A model generated the notes under the pieces. The model made no database searches. It worked only from the letters and a program-made list of their open reading frames with translations, and had not been told where the DNA came from. From NCBI RefSeq assembly GCF_000011325.1, contig NC_003450.3:2520001-2552000 (forward strand): a stretch of DNA of 32,000 bases, in the 5' to 3' direction. The stretch comes from Corynebacterium glutamicum ATCC 13032. Its GTDB lineage: Bacteria; Actinomycetota; Actinomycetes; Mycobacteriales; Mycobacteriaceae. Position numbers and translations under genes: made by a program. Positions 10,892 to 20,332 of this stretch are shown piece by piece (positions within the stretch are counted from its first letter, which is position 1; every line of letters starts with the position of its first letter).

Positions 10892-11980
10892 ATGAATCCC
10901 GAATTTATTCACGGCGCAACCGAAATTGAAACCACAAACAGGGGCCTTCGCCCGCATCGACTCAGCAAAGAAATAGTAGAACGCTACTGTGATCCCCAGT
11001 TTAGCGCGATGGAACGCCAACCATCGGGCGTGCGCGTTGTGTGTCGCACCACCGCCACCTCCGTCACGCTGACCACGTATTCCACGCGGGTGGTGTACCT
11101 CGATTCCGGCCGGCCGGGCGGCAAGATTGATGTGCTTATCGACGGCGCCCCCACATCTTCCACGCCAACTTCCGGGGGCGAGACCACGGAAGTCAATTTC
11201 ATCACCGGCGCCACGGAACGGCGCCTGAAAGATCCGCAGGTGCTCACAGTGGATGGACTTTCAGAGCAGGAAAAGGTGGTGGAGTTCTGGCTGCCTCACA
11301 ATGAAGAAATTGAAGTGATCTCCCTTAAAGCCAACGCAGCTTTAAACACTGTCGAAGACACCCGTCCCGTGTGGATCAATTACGGCAGCTCCATTAGCCA
11401 CGGTTCGGTTGCCACTGCCCCAACCAAAATTTGGCCAGCCATTGTTGCCCAGTCCAAAAACTACAACCTGCGTAACTTCGGTTTTGGTGGCAGCGCCATG
11501 TTGGATCCTTTTATGGCGAGGCTAATCAGGGATACTCCAGCTGATCTGATCACCTTGGAAATTGGCATCAATATTGTCAATGGTGATGTGATGCGTCGCC
11601 GCGGACTAGAGGCTGCTGTGGATGGGTTCATCAATACCATCCGCGATGGCCACCCCACCACGCCGATCAAGATTGTGTCGCCGTTCTACTGCCCCATTCA
11701 TGAGAAAACTCCAGGACCCGGCGCGTTTGATACCTCATCGTTTGGCAGTGGTCAGATTAGGTTCATCGCCACTGGTGAACCTGATGAGCATGGTCGACTG
11801 ACGCTGGAGATGGTGCGTGAGGTGTTGGAGGGGTTCGTCGAAAAGCAAAAAGACCCGCACCTGACCTACGTCGATGGTGCGAGCCTTTATCAGGCCAGCG
11901 ATGCGCCGTTGCTGGATAATTTGCACCCAGACGAGGCGTCGCACGCCTTAATTGCGCAGCGTTTGCTTAAGCAACTTTGA
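10892..11980 (+). CDS. SGNH/GDSL-type hydrolase with an N-terminal beta-rich domain (esterase/acylhydrolase, substrate unknown)
   Basis: SGNH blocks appear in order: NYGSSISHG (block I Ser), GFGGSAM (block II), GINIVNG (block III Asn), DNLHPDE (block V Asp-x-x-His). Confidence 0.7.
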   Translation: MNPEFIHGATEIETTNRGLRPHRLSKEIVERYCDPQFSAMERQPSGVRVVCRTTATSVTLTTYSTRVVYLDSGRPGGKIDVLIDGAPTSSTPTSGGETTEVNFITGATERRLKDPQVLTVDGLSEQEKVVEFWLPHNEEIEVISLKANAALNTVEDTRPVWINYGSSISHGSVATAPTKIWPAIVAQSKNYNLRNFGFGGSAMLDPFMARLIRDTPADLITLEIGINIVNGDVMRRRGLEAAVDGFINTIRDGHPTTPIKIVSPFYCPIHEKTPGPGAFDTSSFGSGQIRFIATGEPDEHGRLTLEMVREVLEGFVEKQKDPHLTYVDGASLYQASDAPLLDNLHPDEASHALIAQRLLKQL

Positions 11981-12602
11981 AATCGGCTTCGGTGATTTCG
12001 CGGAGTTCCTCAACGGTGACACCGTCGGCGCACTCGATGAGCGTGAGGCCTTCTTCAGGGTCCACAGAGAACACAGCGTGGGTGGTGACAATCATGTCCA
12101 CGCACTTCGCGCCAGTCAGTGGGAGGCGACACTCCTTAAGGATCTTCGGAGCGCCCTTCTTGGTGATGTGATCGGTCATGGCGATGATCTTGGATGCGCC
12201 GTGCACCAGATCCATTGCGCCACCCATACCCTTGACCAGCTTGCCGGGAATCATCCAGTTGGCCAGGTCGCCGTACTGGGAGACTTCCATAACGCCCAAG
12301 ACTGCAACGTCGACAGACTTGGAGCGGATCATGGCGAAAGAATCAGAAGAGGAGAAGTAGGATGCGCCAGGTGCAACCGTGATGGTTTCCTTGCCGGCGT
12401 TGATCAGCTCAGGATCAAGTTCCTCTTCAGTTGGGTAAGGTCCAACGCCCAGCACACCGTTTTCGGAGTGAAGGATAACCTCTAGTCCCTCAGGCAGGTA
12501 GCCGGGGATAAGTGTAGGCATGCCGATGCCGAGGTTGACGTACTGGCCGTCTTCAAGTTCCTGGGCAACGCGGGCTGCCATTTGGTTATGATCCCAAGTC
12601 AT
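11967..12602 (-). CDS. pcaJ: 3-oxoadipate:succinyl-CoA transferase, subunit B
   Basis: Family I CoA-transferase beta subunit with the catalytic-Glu motif HSENGVLG. Its start overlaps the pcaI stop by 1 nt (TAATG). Confidence 0.9.
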   Translation of the reverse strand: MTWDHNQMAARVAQELEDGQYVNLGIGMPTLIPGYLPEGLEVILHSENGVLGVGPYPTEEELDPELINAGKETITVAPGASYFSSSDSFAMIRSKSVDVAVLGVMEVSQYGDLANWMIPGKLVKGMGGAMDLVHGASKIIAMTDHITKKGAPKILKECRLPLTGAKCVDMIVTTHAVFSVDPEEGLTLIECADGVTVEELREITEADFKVA

Positions 12603-13354
12603 TAGTTAGACACCGTCCTGTTTTCGATTCCGGTTTCCTGCGGTCCAACGTGGACGACGCGGTTGACGTAAATTCCTGGCAGATCGATCTCATCTGGGTG
12701 GAGTTCGTCTACAAAGTGCTCGACCTGAGCAATGGTGATCTTGCCGCTCATTGCTGCATCTGGGTTGAAGTTCTGCGCGGTCTTGCGGAACACCAGGTTG
12801 CCAAAGCGATCTGCTTTGTGTGCGTGCACGAGTGCGTAATCGGCGCGGATGCCCTCTTCCATGACGTAGAGCTGGCCGTTGAATTCGCGGGTTTCCTTTG
12901 GCTGGGACACCACGGCGACGGTGCCGTCGGTGTTGTAGCGCTGTGGGAGTCCGCCTTCTGCGACCTGGGTGCCCACGCCTGCGGTGGTGTAAAACGCAGG
13001 GATGCCGGCGCCACCTGCGCGGAGGCGTTCAGCCAAGGTGCCCTGCGGGGTGAACTCGACGGTGAGTTCTCCTTCCAGGTACTGGCGTGCATATTCCTTG
13101 TTGGAGCCAAGGTAGGAGCCGATGGACTTGGAGATCTTCTTATCCAAAAGCAACAGTCCGAGGCCGAAACCGTCGGTGCCTAGGTTGTTGGAAATGATGG
13201 TCAGATCGCCTGCGCCTTGTTCGCGGAGGGCGAGGATCAATGCAGTGGGGATGCCCACGAGGCCGAAACCACCGACGGCGATGGACGCACCGTCTGGGAT
13301 ATCGGCCACCGCTTCAGCAGTGGAAGAAATGCTCTTGTTAATCATGTGAGACAT
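12602..13354 (-). CDS. pcaI: 3-oxoadipate:succinyl-CoA transferase, subunit A
   Basis: CoA-transferase alpha subunit ([12 protein letters not shown]). The ORF-track start at 13621 runs through the divergent pcaR gene and is rejected. ATG at 13354 (or 13345) gives ~250 aa. Confidence 0.9.
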   Translation of the reverse strand: MSHMINKSISSTAEAVADIPDGASIAVGGFGLVGIPTALILALREQGAGDLTIISNNLGTDGFGLGLLLLDKKISKSIGSYLGSNKEYARQYLEGELTVEFTPQGTLAERLRAGGAGIPAFYTTAGVGTQVAEGGLPQRYNTDGTVAVVSQPKETREFNGQLYVMEEGIRADYALVHAHKADRFGNLVFRKTAQNFNPDAAMSGKITIAQVEHFVDELHPDEIDLPGIYVNRVVHVGPQETGIENRTVSN

Positions 13355-13384
13355 GCTAACGTAATGTTCATCATATGCACAAGG

Positions 13385-13399
13385 GTTCGCAATGCGAAC
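13385..13399. promoter_or_regulatory. Perfect palindrome GTTCGC-AAT-GCGAAC in the 64-bp pcaI/pcaR divergent region; candidate IclR (PcaR) operator
   Basis: 6-3-6 inverted repeat read directly from the sequence. The same arms recur upstream of pcaH (21092-21106). Confidence 0.45.
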
Positions 13400-13418
13400 A
13401 AAAAGAGGAGTTGATGGG

Positions 13419-14186
13419 ATGGTCGAACAATCGCCAGATTTCGTACAATCATTTGCCCGCGGCTTATCTGTGATCCGAAGTTTCAGCGCAGATAATCCAT
13501 CGCAAACACTGTCCGAAGTCGCCAGCCAAACTGGACTCTCAAGGGCCACCGCTAGGCGCTTTCTCCACACCTTGACCGACCTTGGATATGCGGTAAACAA
13601 CGATTCCCGGTTCCAGCTCACACCACGTGTTTTGGAGCTTGGAGCAAGCTACCTTTCCGCATTGTCCCTGCCTGCGATCGCGCAGCCCCGCCTGGAGGTA
13701 CTCTCCCGCCAGGTCGGCGAATCAAGCTCCATGTCCGTACTCGACGGCACTGACATCATCTACGTTTGCCGCGTTCCGGTGCGCCGCATCATGACGGTGA
13801 ACATCACCATCGGCACCCGTTTCCCTGCGTACGCCACCTCCATGGGACGCATCATGCTGGCCAACCTTCCCGAAGAAGAATTAGATGAAATGCTGGCGGC
13901 GGCACCCCCTGAACAGTTGACCACCCGGTCACTGACCTCCATCGCCTCAATCCGGGAAGAGATCATTGCTACCCGCGAAAGGGGGTGGTCATTGGTGGAT
14001 CAGGAGCTCGAGCCGGGCCTGCGTTCGCTCGCGGCGCCGATCACCAATGCCCAGGGCGAAGTGGTTGCTTCCATCAATGTGTCGACCCAATCGGCATCAC
14101 ATTCGGTGGAAGATATCCGCAAGCTGGTGCTGCCGCAGCTTTTAGAAACGGCTCAAGCAATTTCGACAGATCTCTCTGCACTCTAA
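13419..14186 (+). CDS. pcaR: IclR-family transcriptional regulator of the pca genes
   Basis: IclR HTH LSEVASQTGLSRATARRFLHTLTDLGY plus a C-terminal effector domain. ATG at 13419 has a strong AGAGGAG RBS 8 nt upstream. The in-frame ATG at 13392 sits inside the palindrome and is the alternative start. Confidence 0.9.
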   Translation: MVEQSPDFVQSFARGLSVIRSFSADNPSQTLSEVASQTGLSRATARRFLHTLTDLGYAVNNDSRFQLTPRVLELGASYLSALSLPAIAQPRLEVLSRQVGESSSMSVLDGTDIIYVCRVPVRRIMTVNITIGTRFPAYATSMGRIMLANLPEEELDEMLAAAPPEQLTTRSLTSIASIREEIIATRERGWSLVDQELEPGLRSLAAPITNAQGEVVASINVSTQSASHSVEDIRKLVLPQLLETAQAISTDLSAL

Positions 14187-14201
14187 ATTAAGGATCAAAA
14201 A

Positions 14202-15428
14202 ATGAACCCTCAAGATATTGTCATCTGTTCCCCATTGCGCACCCCAGTTGGTGCTTACGGCGGATCCTTCACCGGCGTCCCTGTTGAAGAATTGGCCACC
14301 ACCGTGATCAACGCGATCGTTGAGGCAACCGGCATCACCGGCGACGATGTGGACGATCTGATCCTCGGCCAGGCATCCCCCAACGGTGCGGCTCCAGCAC
14401 TGGGCCGTGTTGTTGCTCTAGATTCCAAGCTTGGCCAAAACGTTCCAGGCATGCAGCTTGATCGCCGCTGTGGTTCCGGCCTGCAGGCAATCGTCACCGC
14501 TGCTGCACACGTTGCATCCGGCGCTGCTGATCTGATCATCGCAGGTGGCGCAGAATCCATGAGCCGCGTTGAGTACACCGTGTCCGGCGATATCCGTTGG
14601 GGTGTCAAGGGCGGCGACATGCAGCTTCGTGACCGCCTTGCAGAAGCACGCGAAACCGCTGGCGGACGCAACCACCCGATCCCTGGTGGCATGATCGAGA
14701 CCGCTGAGAACCTGCGTCGCGAATACGGCATCTCCCGCGAGGAGCAGGACAAGATCTCCGCAGCGTCCCAGCAGCGTTGGGGCAAGGCTGCTGATGCGGG
14801 GCTTTTCGACGACGAGATCGTGCCAGTCACCGTCCCTGCCAAGAAGCGCGGCCAGGAGCCAACCATCGTTTCTCGAGACGAGCATGGTCGACCAGGAACA
14901 ACCGTCGAAAAGCTTGCTGCTTTGCGCCCCATCATGGGCCGCCAGGATGCGGAAGCAACCGTCACCGCTGGCAACGCGTCCGGCCAAAATGATGGCGCTG
15001 CTGCCGTCATCGTGACCACTCGCGCCAAGGCCGAGGAGAAGGGCCTGCGCCCAGTCATGCGTTTGGCTGGCTGGTCTGTGGCTGCTGTTCCCCCAGAGAC
15101 CATGGGTATTGGACCTGTTCCTGCCACCAAGAAGGTCCTGGATCGTTTGGGCCTTACCCTGGAGGACATCGGCGCGATCGAACTCAACGAAGCTTTCGCA
15201 GCTCAGGCACTGTCTGTGCTGAAGGAATGGAACATTTCTTGGGAAGATGAGCGCGTCAACCCACTGGGTTCCGGTATTTCCATGGGACACCCAGTCGGTG
15301 CCACCGGTGCTCGCATGGCAGTAACCTTGGCTCACCGCATGCAGCGTGAAAACACTCAGTACGGACTGGCCACCATGTGCATCGGTGGCGGCCAGGGTCT
15401 TGCAGCTGTCTTTGAAAAGGAGAACTAA
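14202..15428 (+). CDS. pcaF: Beta-ketoadipyl-CoA thiolase
   Basis: Thiolase signatures RRCGSGLQA (nucleophilic Cys), NEAFAAQ, GHPVGATGAR and CIGGGQG. Confidence 0.93.
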   Translation: MNPQDIVICSPLRTPVGAYGGSFTGVPVEELATTVINAIVEATGITGDDVDDLILGQASPNGAAPALGRVVALDSKLGQNVPGMQLDRRCGSGLQAIVTAAAHVASGAADLIIAGGAESMSRVEYTVSGDIRWGVKGGDMQLRDRLAEARETAGGRNHPIPGGMIETAENLRREYGISREEQDKISAASQQRWGKAADAGLFDDEIVPVTVPAKKRGQEPTIVSRDEHGRPGTTVEKLAALRPIMGRQDAEATVTAGNASGQNDGAAAVIVTTRAKAEEKGLRPVMRLAGWSVAAVPPETMGIGPVPATKKVLDRLGLTLEDIGAIELNEAFAAQALSVLKEWNISWEDERVNPLGSGISMGHPVGATGARMAVTLAHRMQRENTQYGLATMCIGGGQGLAAVFEKEN

Positions 15429-15430
15429 AA

Positions 15431-16186
15431 ATGGCTATTTTGCACAGCGTTTCCTACGGAACTTCCGACAACACCTTGGTGTTCATTGGCTCGTTGGGTT
15501 CCACCACCGACATGTGGCTGCCACAGCTGGATGCCTTGCATAAGGATTTCCGCGTCATCGCTGTTGATCACCGCGGACATGGTCTGTCTGAACTCATCGA
15601 AGGCACCCCCACTGTGGCGGATCTGGCGCAGGATGTGCTGGATACCCTCGATGACCTGGGTGTCGGAAACTTCGGCGTCATCGGACTATCTCTCGGCGGA
15701 GCGGTTGCACAATACTTGGCGGCCACCTCTGATCGTGTCACCAAGGCAGCATTCATGTGTACCGCTGCAAAATTCGGCGAGCCCCAGGGCTGGCTAGATC
15801 GCGCCGCAGCGTGCCGCGAAAACGGCACTGGTTCTCTGTCCGAAGCTGTGATCCAGCGCTGGTTCTCCCCCACTTGGTTGGAGAACAACCCAGCGTCCCG
15901 CGAGCACTTCGAAGCCATGGTTGCCGGCACCCCATCTGAGGGTTACGCGCTGTGCTGCGAGGCGTTGGCAACCTGGGATTTCACCGATCGCCTGGGAGAA
16001 ATCACCGTGCCAGTGCTCACCATCGCAGGTGCCGATGACCCCTCCACTCCTCCAGCAACCGTGCAGATCATTGCCGATGGCGTTGGCGGCGAGTCCCGCG
16101 CAGAGGTCCTAAGCCCAGCCGCGCACGTACCAACCGTGGAACGTCCAAACGAGGTAAATGAACTGCTAGCACAGCATTTCGCTTAA
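15431..16186 (+). CDS. pcaD: 3-oxoadipate enol-lactone hydrolase (alpha/beta hydrolase)
   Basis: DHRGHGLS oxyanion region and nucleophile elbow GLSLGG. AAGGAG RBS in the pcaF 3' end. Confidence 0.88.
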   Translation: MAILHSVSYGTSDNTLVFIGSLGSTTDMWLPQLDALHKDFRVIAVDHRGHGLSELIEGTPTVADLAQDVLDTLDDLGVGNFGVIGLSLGGAVAQYLAATSDRVTKAAFMCTAAKFGEPQGWLDRAAACRENGTGSLSEAVIQRWFSPTWLENNPASREHFEAMVAGTPSEGYALCCEALATWDFTDRLGEITVPVLTIAGADDPSTPPATVQIIADGVGGESRAEVLSPAAHVPTVERPNEVNELLAQHFA

Positions 16187-16196
16187 TGTTGTAGGC

Positions 16197-18260
16197 ATGT
16201 TCACAACCAGTCTCCTGCCCCGTCGTCAGTTGTTGCTTAGGCGTTTACTCGCTGAGTTCACCACTGATCGGCGGGGCAGGTTTCTTGTTGTCACCGGCCC
16301 GCACGGCGTGAACAAAGAGCATTTCACCAGGGAGTTCGCCGCCGAGTTGGGAGAATTTGAGGTCAACCCGTTCCTCAAGAAACGTCCCCGCGCAAGCATC
16401 GTGGTTGTGGATGATGTCCATTTGGCCGACAAGGACGACATCCAAAAAACACTCAATTTGGTGCACACCAAAGGGCTCACCGTACTCGCCACCGCACCGC
16501 ACCGTATCCCCGGCGCCACCGACCTGCTAGCCTTGCCGCCGCTCACAGTCCCGGAAACCGCGCTGCTCGCGCGCCAAATCGTCGGCCACTGCACACCCAC
16601 CACCGCCCACCGCCTCAACGACGCTGCGGGTGGGTTGCCACAACTGATCAGAGAGCTTCTCGACGCGACCCCCATCGATCACTGGTCCAACGATCGGCCT
16701 ACTCTCACGCTGCCAGAGCACTGGGTGACAGACATCGACATTAAGAACCCTGTGCTTCGGGAAGTCGCCTCCCATCCCTTCTTCGATGGCTGCCCGATCG
16801 GAGATTTAGATGCCGATGCCTTTGTGGAGGATGGCACCCTCATTCACGAAAACGGGACTTTAAGATTCCGCAGCCCTGAGGAACGCACCTTGGTTCGGGC
16901 TTCTACTCCCCCATCGATGGCAAGAAGCCCGCGGGAGTGGGAATCGACGGAGGGAGGCGTCGATAAGCTAATTGCCGCAGGAAACCTGCCCCTGGCCCGA
17001 CTGCATGTAGAGGAACTACCCCGTGCCGATGAGCAGCGCGCATTTTTGGCGCTGTACGGCGGGCAGTCGTTTGAGGCGGCCTCGGCGTCGCCGTTTTATG
17101 CGCTGGCCACCTGGAATCCGGAGGCGTTGCGGGGCGATCCGACCTTCGATATGTTCGCCGATGCGCTAGACACTGGGCATTACAGGGAAGTCCCGCGTCC
17201 GGATGCCCCTGAAGAAAGCCAGATCCACGATTTCATCAGTGGCTGGCTGGCGTTGGTTTACGATGATCCCCTCACCGCCCGCCGTCTGCTCTCCAGGAGG
17301 GGCCCCTCCGATTTGGTGGGACTGTGGCAGTCGGCGTTTTTGGCGCGAGCGCACTACGTGCTGGGAGAATTCCAAGAAGCCTCCGCCGTTGTCGAACGCG
17401 GCCTAGCCACCGGCGACCGCACCGGAGCCTCCCTACTCGAACCCGTGCACCTGTGGACCGGCGCCCAAGTCGCAGCCATGACTGGGCGCACCGAATTGGC
17501 CAACCACTATTTACAGCGCCTGACCGTGCCCGACGATGCGTTCCTCATCCAAAAACTCAGCGCATCCATGGGCAAATTGATCACCGCATCCATGACCTCA
17601 GACACCCGCGCAGCAACCTTGGCCGGCGACCGCATGGCGTCGGTCGTATACACCACCAATACCCAGCAGCCCGGATTTTGGGCCTGGGAAGACATGTATG
17701 CGATCTCATTGATCCGAACGGGACGCATCGACGCCGCAGCCGCCGTCATGGATGGCATCCCTGACTCCACCATCCCCTCGCTGCGTGCCCGAAATTTGGT
17801 GCCCCAAGCAAACATCGAAATCCAACGAGGCTCCACAGCACGAGGCGTAAAAATGCTCTCCGAAGCCGTCGACCTCATTTCCTCCGTCAACATGCCAGCA
17901 TATGAAGCCCGCATCCTCTTCGAATACGGGCTGGTTCTACGACGCATGGGCAGGCGCAGCCAAGCAGCCGAAATGTTCACCCACGCCGAAGAAGTCTTCA
18001 CCGCCATGGGTGCGGTCACTCTGGCTGCCCGCTGCCACGGCGAACGACGAGTCGCAGGCGTTGGGCCACGCAGATCAGCGCAGGGACTCACCCCTCAAGA
18101 GGAACAAATCACTGCGCTGGTTGTCGACGGCTGCTCCAACCAAGAAGTCGCCCGTGAGCTTTCCCTCTCCGCCAAAACGGTGGAATATCACCTCACGAGG
18201 GTGTACAAAAAGCTCGGGGTGAGCTCCCGTGGAGAGCTTCGAGAATTACTGAAGGTCTGA
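16197..18260 (+). CDS. pcaO: LAL-type (large ATP-binding LuxR family) transcriptional activator with a degenerate P-loop
   Basis: C-terminal LuxR HTH (LTPQEEQITALVVDGCSNQEVARELSLSAKTVEYHLTRVYKKLGV). The N-terminal NTPase-like region has VVTGPHGVNKE in place of GxxxxGK[ST], followed by VVVDDVH (Walker B-like). It is a clear paralog of the benR product in this window. Confidence 0.85.
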   Translation: MFTTSLLPRRQLLLRRLLAEFTTDRRGRFLVVTGPHGVNKEHFTREFAAELGEFEVNPFLKKRPRASIVVVDDVHLADKDDIQKTLNLVHTKGLTVLATAPHRIPGATDLLALPPLTVPETALLARQIVGHCTPTTAHRLNDAAGGLPQLIRELLDATPIDHWSNDRPTLTLPEHWVTDIDIKNPVLREVASHPFFDGCPIGDLDADAFVEDGTLIHENGTLRFRSPEERTLVRASTPPSMARSPREWESTEGGVDKLIAAGNLPLARLHVEELPRADEQRAFLALYGGQSFEAASASPFYALATWNPEALRGDPTFDMFADALDTGHYREVPRPDAPEESQIHDFISGWLALVYDDPLTARRLLSRRGPSDLVGLWQSAFLARAHYVLGEFQEASAVVERGLATGDRTGASLLEPVHLWTGAQVAAMTGRTELANHYLQRLTVPDDAFLIQKLSASMGKLITASMTSDTRAATLAGDRMASVVYTTNTQQPGFWAWEDMYAISLIRTGRIDAAAAVMDGIPDSTIPSLRARNLVPQANIEIQRGSTARGVKMLSEAVDLISSVNMPAYEARILFEYGLVLRRMGRRSQAAEMFTHAEEVFTAMGAVTLAARCHGERRVAGVGPRRSAQGLTPQEEQITALVVDGCSNQEVARELSLSAKTVEYHLTRVYKKLGVSSRGELRELLKV

Positions 18261-18614
18261 CACAGCGTTGTTCAGCAGCTTGAAACCATGGTTGGAGTTC
18301 GGCACACCCGCATACACCGCAGTGTGCAGGATGACCTCGCCGATGGTTTCCTGATCCACGCCAGCGCGCAGAGCAGCACGAATGTGCATGTCCAACTCGC
18401 CGTCATTGCCCACCGCGGTCAAAATCGCGATGGTGAGCAGGCGACGCTGAGTGTGATCAAGGCCTGGACGTTCCCAAATATCGCCCCACGCTGTGCGAGT
18501 GATGAAATCCTGAAACTTCTCAGTCACCTCGGTGGTGTTCGCCACGGCGCGATCCACATGGGCATCTCCCAGTACCTCGCGGCGGTTTTTCATTCCGGTT
18601 TCATAGCGATCCAT
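18246..18614 (-). CDS. pcaC: 4-carboxymuconolactone decarboxylase
   Basis: CMD-family 122-aa protein (EVILHTAVYAGVPNSNHGF). Its start overlaps the pcaB stop by 1 nt (TAATG). Confidence 0.9.
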   Translation of the reverse strand: MDRYETGMKNRREVLGDAHVDRAVANTTEVTEKFQDFITRTAWGDIWERPGLDHTQRRLLTIAILTAVGNDGELDMHIRAALRAGVDQETIGEVILHTAVYAGVPNSNHGFKLLNNAVSDLQ

Positions 18615-19732
18615 TAACTGCGTCCTTTTCCATAAATTTCTAGTGCCCGCTCCGCCAAATCTTCGGCGTGCCCGGTTGGTCCATTGACGCGACTTGCCAT
18701 CACATCAACGTTGACGGTGATGCCATCGATGCTGGTTGCAGCCCTGCTCACTGCTGAGTGAGTGACAGCAGCCAACTCGCGCAGCGTTGCCCACTCCGCG
18801 TGCCAGCTGCCGGTGCCGCGCTGCAAACGGCAGTCGAGGGCGTCGAAAAGCGTTGCAAGAAGGCCAGGTGCCCGGCGCGCGTAACCGTCGCACGCAATCG
18901 CAGCGGCCGGATTGGCTTTGTGGGGCATCGCGGAGCTGCCGCCGGGGGATTTCTCCCGCAACTCGCCGACCTCGGTTTGTGAGTAAAACACCACGTCACC
19001 AGCAATTTTGCGTACCACACCAGCGGCCGTTGCCAGCGCCGACGCGATCGCAGTGATCGGCGTGCGATCGGAATGCCACACCCACTGCGGATCAAAAAGG
19101 CCCAACTCCTCGGCCAGCTTCGCCTGAATCTCGAAGCCACGCGGGTGCACCGCCGTCATATTTCCGCTGGCACCGCCATACGACACCGGAAACTCCAGCG
19201 CCTCCAGGGCGCGTGCCGCATTGTCCACCGCAACCAGCCAGCCGCCGGTCAGCGCGCCGAACGTCGTCGGCGTCGCGATCTGCCCCAACGTGCGCCCCAT
19301 GATCGGGGTTGCTTTATGCTCCGCGGTGAGCTCGGCCAAATCTCGCGCAAGCTTTTTAAGCTTGTCGACGACCTCCCCCACCCCTTCCTTCATGCACAGC
19401 ATTAACGCAGAATCAATGATGTCCTGGCTCGTTGCGCCAATGTGGATGCCTGCCGGATTGATGGCCTTGAGGTCAGTGACCAGCGGAATGAGCGGATTAC
19501 CGCCCTCGGCTGCGCGACGGGAAAGCTCCTCCACATCCAACTGATAAGAATCAATGGTGGCCTTCGCCATTGCTGCGTGCTCGGGGGCAGCTGCAACCGC
19601 CAAAGCGGCCTCCACGACAAGAAGATTCTTTAGGAAAGTCTCGTCGGAAAGGCTGCTGAGGTGTTCTCCACTACCAGCAAGGTCGGAGTATAAAGATCGG
19701 GTCAATTTAGAGTCCAAAAAATGGGGTTTCAT
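18614..19732 (-). CDS. pcaB: 3-carboxy-cis,cis-muconate cycloisomerase (fumarate-lyase superfamily)
   Basis: Signature GSSAMPHKANP. The start is uncertain. ATG at 19732 gives 372 aa and overlaps pcaG by 26 nt. TTG alternatives lie at 19717 and 19705, and the ORF track extends to 19801. Confidence 0.88.
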   Translation of the reverse strand: MKPHFLDSKLTRSLYSDLAGSGEHLSSLSDETFLKNLLVVEAALAVAAAPEHAAMAKATIDSYQLDVEELSRRAAEGGNPLIPLVTDLKAINPAGIHIGATSQDIIDSALMLCMKEGVGEVVDKLKKLARDLAELTAEHKATPIMGRTLGQIATPTTFGALTGGWLVAVDNAARALEALEFPVSYGGASGNMTAVHPRGFEIQAKLAEELGLFDPQWVWHSDRTPITAIASALATAAGVVRKIAGDVVFYSQTEVGELREKSPGGSSAMPHKANPAAAIACDGYARRAPGLLATLFDALDCRLQRGTGSWHAEWATLRELAAVTHSAVSRAATSIDGITVNVDVMASRVNGPTGHAEDLAERALEIYGKGRS

Positions 19733-20321
19733 TGTCTTCAGCCTGGACAGTGATGTCGAAGCGGAATCCATCATCGGTCTTTTGAGCCACCAGGAGGTCA
19801 CGTCGATCAGCTGGGACCACAGCCAAAACTGGGTCGGTGCTCAAATCGGCGTCTGGCAGGTATGCGCGAGTGTACAGACGCTCCAGCATGCCACGGGCGA
19901 ACACACCAACCTTGAAGTGTGGTGCCTCATCTGCGAATGCTCCCGGAACCAAAGTGGTGAACGTTGCCTCACCCTGCGCGTTTGCCATCGCGCGACCAAG
20001 CCCGCGGAAGCCATCTGCGGTTGCTGGTGCTGTGCGGTTTGGATCCAAATCAGAGTTGTGGATGCCCTCTGGATCGGCCTGCCACAGTTCAAACATGGCA
20101 TCCGCGATGGGGTCGCCGTTGCCATCAGTTGCGGAAACAGTAAAGGACACCGCGCCTTCCGAACCTGGCTCCACGAGATGCTCCGCACCTTCAAGGGTCA
20201 AACCGATGTGGACGTAAGGGCCCACGGTCTGTGAAGGAGTGATGCCGAACTCGGCTTCGTTCTGATCGATGATATTCGACTGCTCGTAGCGGAACTCGCC
20301 GTTCTTCCCTGTATCAATCAT
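19707..20321 (-). CDS. pcaG: Protocatechuate 3,4-dioxygenase, alpha subunit
   Basis: Intradiol dioxygenase fold, 204 aa, immediately downstream of pcaH (11-nt gap with an AAAGGG RBS). Confidence 0.93.
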   Translation of the reverse strand: MIDTGKNGEFRYEQSNIIDQNEAEFGITPSQTVGPYVHIGLTLEGAEHLVEPGSEGAVSFTVSATDGNGDPIADAMFELWQADPEGIHNSDLDPNRTAPATADGFRGLGRAMANAQGEATFTTLVPGAFADEAPHFKVGVFARGMLERLYTRAYLPDADLSTDPVLAVVPADRRDLLVAQKTDDGFRFDITVQAEDNETPFFGL

Positions 20322-20332
20322 TGCAAAACCCT

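Noticed and set aside
13392-13418. pcaR start at ATG 13392, as given in the ORF track
   Set aside because: This ATG sits inside the GTTCGC-AAT-GCGAAC palindrome and has no RBS. ATG 13419 has AGAGGAG 8 nt upstream. A leaderless start at 13392 cannot be fully excluded.
14255-15335. Two ~305-310-aa ORFs antisense to pcaF. Similar antisense ORFs lie at 7208-7945 (vanK), 20321-21046 (pcaH), 22876-23817 (catB), 24050-24871 (catA), 25310-26104 (benA) and 12650-13183 (pcaI)
   Set aside because: All lie opposite strongly supported enzyme genes. Their composition is Arg/Ala/Ser/Pro- or Gly/Val-rich and low-complexity, with no domains or RBS. They are codon-bias artefacts.
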